Positions 8,560-14,961 of a stretch of 32,000 nucleotides of DNA are shown here, one piece after another (positions within the stretch are counted from its first letter, which is position 1; each line of letters opens with the position of its first letter). The notes beneath the pieces are model-generated. The model was not told the DNA's origin. It worked only from the letters and a program-made list of their open reading frames with translations, and did not search any database. The stretch is from Candidatus Lokiarchaeum ossiferum (GTDB lineage: Archaea > Asgardarchaeota > Lokiarchaeia > Sigyniarchaeales > Promethearchaeaceae): positions 1,710,001 to 1,742,000 of the forward strand of contig CP104013.1 in the NCBI GenBank assembly GCA_025839675.1, read 5' to 3'. The translations under genes and the position numbers were made by a program.

Positions 8560-8564
8560 TCACC
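8560..8564 (-). promoter_or_regulatory. Shine-Dalgarno-like GGTGA 6 nt upstream of the eS26 ATT codon
   Basis: The minus strand reads TAT GGTGA ATTACT ATT CCT AAA AAA. GGTGA is complementary to the conserved CACC-containing 3' end of archaeal 16S rRNA, and a 6-nt spacing is typical. An AAATTTAAAAAC (TATA-like) stretch lies about 20 nt further upstream. Confidence 0.45.
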
Positions 8565-8694
8565 ATATTGATCAGTTTTTAAATTTTTTTTTAGAAGTGA
8601 ATGTGGTAAAAAGGGGGACATCTAAAAAAAATTTTATTATTTCCTCGAAGAAATGTGGAATTTTGGAAAGGAAAAAGAGCACAAAAAAGGGGAA

Positions 8695-9447
8695 CTATTT
8701 CGCAAGGGTTTCTTGTTTGGCTAGAATTTTTGCCACTTTTTCGGGCATTTTATTATTTAACCACTTGAAGGCCCAAGAAACCCGCGACCATAAGGTTTGA
8801 AAACATAAGACAGTATAAAGGATATGGAGATAAGGGAAAATGTGGAAGACATTTGCCGGATCAATATCCATAAATTGAACTTGAATGGCGAAAGCAATCC
8901 ACTCAATGATGATGGAAAAGAGAATAAAGAACCACCGTTCGGCGCGTTCCATAAACCCAATCCCTTTCATAACCACACCCTCAAGTTCAGCGCGGGATCG
9001 AGTATAAGAAATCATCAAAACAATAATCAAAGTAGTAAAACCAAGCATATTATTGACAAGAGTATTTTCAGGCCAAAGCATTCCAGAAAGCATGAAGCCC
9101 AGAACAACCACAGCATCGGAAATACGATCCAAAGTACTATCCAAAAAGGCCCCAAAGTTCGATGATTTTCCAATTTTACGAGCTACAGCCCCATCGATCA
9201 CGTCAATATATCCTGTAAAGAAAAATAGCCATCCAGGAATACAAGCCCACCACCAATTAAAATTAGCTGTGATTGGAGAATAATTATACATAAAAATTGT
9301 GGGTAATGCCAAAGCAACAGCCGCAGCAACAGAATCTAAAAATCCGAGAAAGCTTATCATATTTGGAGTTATTTTGTGTTTGGCACAAAAATTAACTGGT
9401 CCATTGATAAACTTGGGTAAAAGATGACGATAATTATTGAGAACCAT
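8695..9447 (-). CDS. CDP-alcohol phosphatidyltransferase family protein (archaeal polar-lipid head-group synthase; substrate not assignable)
   Basis: 250 aa multi-TM protein with the family motif DGAVARKIGKSSNFGAFLDSTLDRISD (D-G-x2-A-R-x8-G-x3-D-x3-D). Confidence 0.85.
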   Translation of the reverse strand: MVLNNYRHLLPKFINGPVNFCAKHKITPNMISFLGFLDSVAAAVALALPTIFMYNYSPITANFNWWWACIPGWLFFFTGYIDVIDGAVARKIGKSSNFGAFLDSTLDRISDAVVVLGFMLSGMLWPENTLVNNMLGFTTLIIVLMISYTRSRAELEGVVMKGIGFMERAERWFFILFSIIIEWIAFAIQVQFMDIDPANVFHIFPYLHILYTVLCFQTLWSRVSWAFKWLNNKMPEKVAKILAKQETLAK

Positions 9448-9589
9448 TTTGTATTATGCTCTTTTATTGTATGTACATAAATGATATTTAGCAATCATAT
9501 TAAATTTTAACGAAATCAAAGACTTTGTTTAGTTTTCAATTAACAATGAACTATGAAGAAAACCCAAAAGAAAAATATAGAAATAGGAC

Positions 9590-9965
9590 AAAAGGCATGA
9601 TCCTGAATCCGTTCATTAACCTCTTCGGTCATTGCTGGGTATTACCGAATACTCCCGAAACCTCTTCTCATAAGATCGGACTTCAAATGAAACGAACCAT
9701 GCAGGGCAGATATTCCTGTTTCGGAAAAGGGTTGCTGACATTCTCTCATAGCTAGCACAAGGCAGTCTCAAGAAAGGGCCTAGGATCCGAAGGTATTAGA
9801 ATAAACAAACTCCAAGCTGTCGTCAATAATTTATGCGCGAATTCTTCATTCCCAAAGGGTTGGATTCGCCCTCGGTTACATGACTTTAGTGCTTATCATC
9901 GTTTCCCCAAAATAATTAAACGGTGAAGGAATAAATTTTTTGTGATCCTAAGCGATTTTTTGGGG
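9590..9965. ncRNA. candidate structured RNA of unknown class (G+C-enriched, ORF-poor island)
   Basis: By eye this is the only clearly G+C-enriched non-coding stretch of the window. It lies in the 540-nt gap between the phosphatidyltransferase start and the Roadblock gene. Local helices: GUAUU/AAUAC hairpin with a 4-nt loop (9637-9656), with an alternative UUCGGU/ACCGAA pairing (9624-9629 with 9644-9649); GCGAAU/AUUCGC (9837-9842 with 9864-9869); CCCCAAAA/UUUUGGGG (9905-9912 with 9958-9965). AACCTCTTC occurs as a direct repeat at 9618-9626 and 9659-9667. Strand and class are undetermined. Confidence 0.3.
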
Positions 9966-9991
9966 GTAATATTATCACGATATGTTTTCAC

Positions 9992-10414
9992 ATGATAATC
10001 ACCTCCAAAAACATTTTTTACCGTAGACTACTTATGGCTTCGGAAGAACTTTTAATAACATCTGTCAATGAACCGATATTACAATCTGATCCAAATCTAG
10101 TTGATGAACAGATGTTAGATCTATTTTCTTCAAAAATTAAAGCGTGTTTCCCAACTTTCGTAGCATCCGTTGTCACCGATATGGACGGATTCCCACTTCA
10201 TGCAGATGTGGGTAACTCCATGGATGAGAATTTATTGGCATTAAGTGCCGTAGTGAGCAAACGCCGTATTATAGATGTTTCAAGTTATCACAGATTAGTT
10301 CGTCCCCTAAATAAAAATACACGTCTTTTAGTTCTGTTGGAAAAGTCAAGGGAGAACTATGCTAATGTAGGGATATTCGAAGAAATAGTTAAAAATGAAA
10401 ATCCTCTTGAGTAA
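9992..10414 (+). CDS. Roadblock/LC7 (MglB-like) domain protein
   Basis: FVASVVTDMDGFPLHADVG...DENLLALSAVVS ... TRLLVLLEKS follows the Roadblock/LC7 pattern (G..GA.L.D.DG.PIA ... A...A ... LLVV) at the right size. The start may be the second Met (MASEELL, 10034). Confidence 0.6.
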   Translation: MIITSKNIFYRRLLMASEELLITSVNEPILQSDPNLVDEQMLDLFSSKIKACFPTFVASVVTDMDGFPLHADVGNSMDENLLALSAVVSKRRIIDVSSYHRLVRPLNKNTRLLVLLEKSRENYANVGIFEEIVKNENPLE

Positions 10415-10443
10415 AAGAGAAAAAAAATCTTTGCTCTTCTGTA

Positions 10444-11391
10444 TTACTTTCGTTTAACAGGTAAATCGAGATTTAAGCGAGTAATTAATTCTTTAAACCG
10501 ATTTCTGACAGTTACTTCAGTCACTTGAGACACTCGAGCGATATCTCTTTGTGTTCGTCTTTCTCTAAAATAGATACTAGCAACATAAATTGCAGCGGCT
10601 GCCACACCAGTTGGACCTCTTCCACTAGTTAAACCTTTCCGTTCAGCTAAGCAAATGATTTCGTTTGCTTTTCGAGCTACATCAGAACTCAATTTCAGTT
10701 CAGAAGTAAATCGATTTACATAATCTGTTGCTTTGGTCGGATTAGAAGATAAATTCAATTTGGAAGCCACAAACCGATAGCTCCGACCAATTTCTTTTTT
10801 ATCCACACGGGCACATTCAGAAATTTCCTGCAATGTCCGAGGGATTTTACACATTCTACATGCAGCATACAAACTAGCAGCTGCAACACCTTCAATCGAT
10901 CTGCCCCGAATCAAATGATTTTTGACAGCCGAACGATATATTTTAGCTGCTGATTCGCGTAGATTTTTAGGTAAACCGAGAACACTTGCCATTCGATCTA
11001 ATTCACTTAATGCAAAAGTTAGATTTCGTTCGGTTGCATCAGATACTCGTATACGACTTTGCCAGCGACGCAATCGATAAATTTGACTTCGCAATCGACT
11101 GGGAATTTCACGGCCACTAAAATCTTTGTTTTTCCAATCGATGATAGTACTTAATCCTTGATCATGGATCGTAAATGTCATTGGAGCCCCAACCCGAGTT
11201 CTCTTTTCACGTTGATCACTATCAAAGGCACGCCATTCTGCGCCAGGATTAATAATTCTATCACGTAAGACCATACCACATTGACTACATATAATTTCTC
11301 CCCGATGCGAATCGTAGATAGTATCAATTCCACGACAATTCGGGCAGAGAGATTCCGAGTCCTTTTCATTTAATTGCATGCTATTTGCCAT
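10444..11391 (-). CDS. tfb: transcription initiation factor B (TFB/TFIIB)
   Basis: 315 aa. It has the N-terminal zinc ribbon CPNC..(x16)..CSQCG, a B-finger/linker and two cyclin-fold repeats ([16 protein letters not shown]... and ...[33 protein letters not shown]). Confidence 0.95.
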   Translation of the reverse strand: MANSMQLNEKDSESLCPNCRGIDTIYDSHRGEIICSQCGMVLRDRIINPGAEWRAFDSDQREKRTRVGAPMTFTIHDQGLSTIIDWKNKDFSGREIPSRLRSQIYRLRRWQSRIRVSDATERNLTFALSELDRMASVLGLPKNLRESAAKIYRSAVKNHLIRGRSIEGVAAASLYAACRMCKIPRTLQEISECARVDKKEIGRSYRFVASKLNLSSNPTKATDYVNRFTSELKLSSDVARKANEIICLAERKGLTSGRGPTGVAAAAIYVASIYFRERRTQRDIARVSQVTEVTVRNRFKELITRLNLDLPVKRK

Positions 11392-11404
11392 TTGTTACAA
11401 GACC

Positions 11405-11779
11405 TCATTTTTTTTTCTTGAACTTGGAACTTTGACTATAAGGAACTTTCTTGGGTGGAAAACGTTTTATTTGGCGAGTTTTGGAACCAGATTTTGATTT
11501 AATGTTCGTTTTCGTTTTCGACGGTAATGTAAATAACGATGATCCATGTAATGAATCGTAGATTTTAATATTTTGACTTGAACCCCTTCGCATCAATTGT
11601 ACAGATATAAATGGTTTGGTGACCGGACCAAAAATATCTGCAATATTACCAACCCTTTTCTTTTCTGCATCAAATACAGCATCCCCAATTTCAGGTAATG
11701 CCTTTTTATCCAACCAATCCGTGCAGCGCAAGATTATGTGTTGTGAACTCGCAACACCAAGTATTTTCCCAATATTCAA
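11405..11779 (-). CDS. gar1: H/ACA RNP component Gar1 with a Lys/Ser-rich C-terminal tail
   Basis: IGKILGVASSQHIILRC....LPEIGDAVFDAEKKRVGNIADIFGPVTKPFISVQL matches the Gar1 barrel (G.V......P..G..V....K.IG.V.DVFGPV..PY). It lies 13 nt upstream of tfb, and a gar1-tfb neighbourhood is common in archaea. TTG start, TGA stop. Confidence 0.8.
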   Translation of the reverse strand: MNIGKILGVASSQHIILRCTDWLDKKALPEIGDAVFDAEKKRVGNIADIFGPVTKPFISVQLMRRGSSQNIKIYDSLHGSSLFTLPSKTKTNIKSKSGSKTRQIKRFPPKKVPYSQSSKFKKKK

Positions 11780-12200
11780 TTTGTATTACTCCGTTTTTTT
11801 TTTACGTGCTTGGAAAAAAAACGTATTAAACTATAAAAATGTACCATCCCGCATCACATGGGGAAAAAAATGGGATTTAAAATATTATCGCAATAACGAA
11901 GTTACAGTTTTTTTATATTTAAAACTTTGCAATATTTCGCGCTTTTATTCAAATAACTATTAGAATAAACCAAAAACAGTGGAAATTTTTAAAGAATTTC
12001 GACAAAATAAATCTAAATTCAATAGAATTTCAAAAAGGGTCATTTTGCACTTAATACAAAAGTGGAATGTATATCAAATGTATGTCATCCAATTTTTTAG
12101 AAGACGAAATGAATAATTTTTGTAATAAGAAGTGATATATAAATGTTTCTTCACCTCGTATTCTCCATACTTGATTGAATGGGATAAATTTTTCTGAAGG

Positions 12201-12209
12201 AAAAAAAAA
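12201..12209 (-). terminator. oligo-T tract (T9 on the minus strand) right after the GTPase stop
   Basis: An A9 run on the plus strand lies about 10 nt beyond the TAA at 12219-12221. Confidence 0.4.
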
Positions 12210-12218
12210 GTAACAATA

Positions 12219-13154
12219 TTATTTGCGAAAAGTTTTCTTTTTTTTGCCTTTTACGGAAGGTTTTCGCTTTTTTGGATATTTAGAATATCCAGATCTCTTT
12301 TTTTGGGATTTTTTGGATAGTTTCTTGGATTTTGAACTTTTTCTAGGAGTTCTAGAAGTGGCTTCCTTTTTTGAAAGTTTTTCTGTTTTGGTCGAATTCT
12401 CACTGCTTCCTTCTTTGGAACTATCATTTTGAAGTTTTAATTTCTTCTTTTTTACATTAATCGGTGGCTGATCAAGTAAAGTGTTTCGATCATCATAATC
12501 TTGCATTTGCAATTGTTGTGAATGTTGGAAAACTACTCCCTTCAATTCTTTAATCCCAATTTCTTGTGAGGCAGATGTTTCTAAAATCCCTAAAAATCCA
12601 GAAGTAGCTTCAAAACCTTGAATTTCAATTTCAAAATCAGAAAATACTTGTAGAAGTTTTTCTTTTAGGGCTTTTAGATGATAAGAATTTAGTTTATCAA
12701 TTTTATTTAAAACTAACACCGTAGGAATATTATTATTTAGCATAAATTGAATAAACTCAATGGTTAAGGGCACAGTTTCTTCATTTTGGAAATACCATTT
12801 ATCTAATTCTTCTCCAAGGCGATCCGCACTTGATACCATTAACATTAAGAAAATATTATTTCTATCGATCTCAATATATTTTAGGATTTGTTCTTGGACG
12901 AAGGCTTCTGAAGATCGATCTAAGCGAGTCATACGCCCAAATCCTGGAAGATCTATAACATGATAATTCAAAGCAGGATCATTTATAATGGTTAATCGCA
13001 CTGTAGATCCTGCGGTTTTTCCGATTTTTCCCTTATACCACTGCGGATGGGAGAGAAGATTTTTAGTTAAACTTGATTTTCCAACATTAGAATTACCAAT
13101 TAAACAAAGTCGAGGAAAATTACCACGGGGATAGGAAAATTTAATTTTGGGCAT
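12219..13154 (-). CDS. engB: EngB/YihA-like GTP-binding protein with a ~85-aa Lys-rich C-terminal extension
   Basis: G1 GNSNVGKSS, G3 DLPGFG, G4 NKIDK and G5 ETSA occur in EngB-like order and spacing. The C-terminus is KKKKLKLQNDSSKEGSSENSTKTEKLSKKEATSRTPRKSSKSKKLSKKSQKKRSGYSKYPKKRKPSVKGKKKKTFRK. Confidence 0.7.
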   Translation of the reverse strand: MPKIKFSYPRGNFPRLCLIGNSNVGKSSLTKNLLSHPQWYKGKIGKTAGSTVRLTIINDPALNYHVIDLPGFGRMTRLDRSSEAFVQEQILKYIEIDRNNIFLMLMVSSADRLGEELDKWYFQNEETVPLTIEFIQFMLNNNIPTVLVLNKIDKLNSYHLKALKEKLLQVFSDFEIEIQGFEATSGFLGILETSASQEIGIKELKGVVFQHSQQLQMQDYDDRNTLLDQPPINVKKKKLKLQNDSSKEGSSENSTKTEKLSKKEATSRTPRKSSKSKKLSKKSQKKRSGYSKYPKKRKPSVKGKKKKTFRK

Positions 13155-13235
13155 AAAGAAAGAAAAGCTGCCATGATTCTTTATTTTTTGGATAAAACTA
13201 AAAATGCAAAAAGAAGTATTAAAATGGGATCATTT

Positions 13236-14060
13236 CTAAATATCCAAAAAATCATCCTTCAAAAAATCTGAAAACATAGCTTCTTTTTCATTGGAGGTTA
13301 AAATTGGACGTTCAGAAATAGGATCTCCCACCACGTTCAAAATTTCTTTCAAGTTCTCAATATTGATCATGACTTTGAGCTTACCTCCCTTAAACTGTAC
13401 TACTTTTTGATCGTATAGCTTTAATCGAAGAATGAACCCTAACCCAAAATAAAACTTATGTTCTTCCAAAGGTTCTACAGGATTTTTGCTTGTGACCTCT
13501 TTCAAAGCATCATAGATAATAGCTTTTGAAGCTTCATGATCTTCGTTATCGAAGGTCAAATACCATAAAGCATGATAAACAATTTTTGTTTTCCGTTCAC
13601 TGAGATATTGAATGAAATCTTCTTTGGTAATGGTTTTAATTCCTTGAGCTTTGCGTTTTTTGGCAAGTTCTTCTTCCATTTTAGCTTCCAAATCATCTCC
13701 AATTTCCGGTTTGAACTCTTCCTTTTCAATTTCTAATTCTTCTTCGGAAAGAGTATCATCAGGAGACAATGATTCAGATTCTTGAACATTTTCTGCAATG
13801 GCTTCCTCCATATCCCTAAGATCTTCTTCAGAAAGATCATCTAGTCCTTCTAGATCCGCAAATTCCAAAAGTTTTTTTTGTAAATCTTCAGAATAATCAC
13901 CCCCTTCTAAAGCATCTGAAAGATTTTCATCCGATTCGTTTGTTTCTTCATTAATTTCGAGAGACTTTTCTTGAATTTCTTCAGAATTTGTATCTACCTC
14001 AATATTTCCATTATCTTGAGAATCATTATCTTCTTTTTGTTCTGGATCGTTTGAAGTCAT
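13236..14060 (-). CDS. hypothetical protein with an acidic (D/E-rich) N-terminal half and a globular C-terminal domain
   Basis: The ORF track extends it to 14174, but that would overlap the 5' end of the divergent HAD gene by 38 nt. The Met at 14058-14060 (MTSNDPEQKEDNDSQ...) is the more plausible start. No motif recognised. Confidence 0.5.
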   Translation of the reverse strand: MTSNDPEQKEDNDSQDNGNIEVDTNSEEIQEKSLEINEETNESDENLSDALEGGDYSEDLQKKLLEFADLEGLDDLSEEDLRDMEEAIAENVQESESLSPDDTLSEEELEIEKEEFKPEIGDDLEAKMEEELAKKRKAQGIKTITKEDFIQYLSERKTKIVYHALWYLTFDNEDHEASKAIIYDALKEVTSKNPVEPLEEHKFYFGLGFILRLKLYDQKVVQFKGGKLKVMINIENLKEILNVVGDPISERPILTSNEKEAMFSDFLKDDFLDI

Positions 14061-14136
14061 TATGCTCAAGTATATATCAAACAATTTATCTAATAACTTT
14101 TTTTTTCCGTATTTACTTAGTAAATCGTAGTATAAA

Positions 14137-14853
14137 ATGGATATTCTTAAAGAAAAAAATATAAAACTCATCATTTTTGATTATGATGGAGTCATTTACA
14201 ATATGATCGAGCCCCTTCGGCAAACTGTAGAAGAAGGAATAAAGAAATTTAATTTGAAATCAAATGGAATTCAAGAAGATATGCGAGAAATATTCCATGT
14301 CCTAGAGCAAGCACTGACGCGAACAGTAGCAGATCAAATTCTTGATTCTAAAGAAATGCTTGATATAAAATTGCTTGATGGAGTACCCCATTTACAACGA
14401 TTACGGATCAGTGCTCATTTTTATGGAGAATTTCGAGCCCGTACTAAAGAACCAGTATTATTTGATGGAATTGTTAAGTTAATTAAAAAACTACATAAGC
14501 GGGGAATAAAATTAACTATCCTTTCTAATAGTGCCAAAAATTATATTGTAGACACAATGAAACAATACGAACTGGATCAATATTTCAATACGATTTTGGG
14601 AGCCGCTGAAGTTGTAGAAGTAAAACCAAATCCTGAAGGACTGAATAAAATTCTAAACATAGAAAATATTGAGGCAAAAAATACCATTTTCATAGGAGAT
14701 ATGATATCCGATTTGGATGCAGGAAAGAGGGCAGGAATCAAAACAATAGCTGTGGCCAGTGGTATAGTCCCCTATGAAAAATTGGCCAACGAAAATCCTT
14801 TTGCGATCGTACGAGATATTTTTGAATTAGAGAAGTTTTTTGGAATTAATTAG
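14137..14853 (+). CDS. HAD-superfamily phosphatase (phosphoglycolate phosphatase-like, subfamily IA)
   Basis: Motif I is IIFDYDGVI (DxDG), motif II is ILSNS, and motif III is K...FIGDMISDLDAG. A cap domain sits between motifs I and II. Confidence 0.85.
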   Translation: MDILKEKNIKLIIFDYDGVIYNMIEPLRQTVEEGIKKFNLKSNGIQEDMREIFHVLEQALTRTVADQILDSKEMLDIKLLDGVPHLQRLRISAHFYGEFRARTKEPVLFDGIVKLIKKLHKRGIKLTILSNSAKNYIVDTMKQYELDQYFNTILGAAEVVEVKPNPEGLNKILNIENIEAKNTIFIGDMISDLDAGKRAGIKTIAVASGIVPYEKLANENPFAIVRDIFELEKFFGIN

Positions 14854-14937
14854 ATGATACAAAAATTAAAGCATTAAAAATATAAGAAATCCAAGAATCA
14901 CACATTTAATAGTATAGATACGTTGAACCAACATAAA

Positions 14938-14942
14938 GGTGA
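14938..14942 (+). promoter_or_regulatory. Shine-Dalgarno-like GGTGA 7 nt upstream of an in-frame ATT in front of thrS
   Basis: The sequence is AAA GGTGA ATGAAAA ATT AAA CTC TTA ATG ATT CAT AGT. The ATT (14950-14952) is in frame with thrS and follows the only upstream in-frame stop (TGA 14944-14946). Confidence 0.35.
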
Positions 14943-14961
14943 ATGAAAAATTAAACTCTTA

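Noticed and set aside
8546-8566. Programmed +1 frameshift into the eS26 frame from the upstream ATG (ATG GTG AAT TAC TAT TCC TAA A, antizyme-like UCC-stop context)
   Set aside because: It would give MVNYYSKKRK... and lose the conserved Pro of the MPKKR N-terminus. The ATT codon sits exactly in the Met position with a GGTGA motif 6 nt upstream, which is the simpler explanation. The idea is kept only as a remote alternative.
8447-8800. 117-aa plus-strand ORF from the track
   Set aside because: It is antisense to the eS26 5' half and to the 3' end of the CDP-alcohol phosphatidyltransferase gene, with no motif. It is a shadow ORF.
9525-9755. 76-aa plus-strand ORF inside the G+C-rich island
   Set aside because: It has no protein-like features or motif. 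Local G+C richness simply lowers stop-codon frequency there, so the region is better treated as a candidate RNA or leader.
9590-9965. Assignment of the G+C-rich island to SRP RNA, RNase P RNA, 5S rRNA, tRNA, C/D or H/ACA sRNA
   Set aside because: None of the diagnostic motifs is present on either strand. I checked for:
- the helix-8 GGAGCA context with a GNAR loop and long 5'/3' pairing for SRP
- GGAAAGUCC plus ACAGAA in the right order for RNase P
- T-arm plus acceptor pairing for tRNA
- CUGA D boxes at guide spacing
- ACA directly 3' of a pocket hairpin

Only partial matches turned up (UGUAAC, GAAGUCCG, GGGAGUAUUC on the minus strand and CCCGAAAC on the plus strand), and their strand or order is inconsistent.
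11616-11963. 115-aa plus-strand ORF
   Set aside because: It is antisense to the gar1 5' half and runs into AT-rich intergenic sequence. It has an implausible composition and is a shadow ORF.
14061-14174. Long 5' extension of the acidic-protein ORF (track start 14174)
   Set aside because: It would overlap the 5' end of the divergent HAD gene by 38 nt and adds a hydrophobic leader unlike the rest of the protein. The internal Met at 14060 leaves a normal 76-nt divergent promoter gap.
14943-14945. ATG 14943 as the thrS start
   Set aside because: It is one nucleotide out of frame (ATG AAA AAT TAA). It works only if the A5 run is really A4, which cannot be decided without reads. It is noted as the competing explanation in the ThrRS finding.
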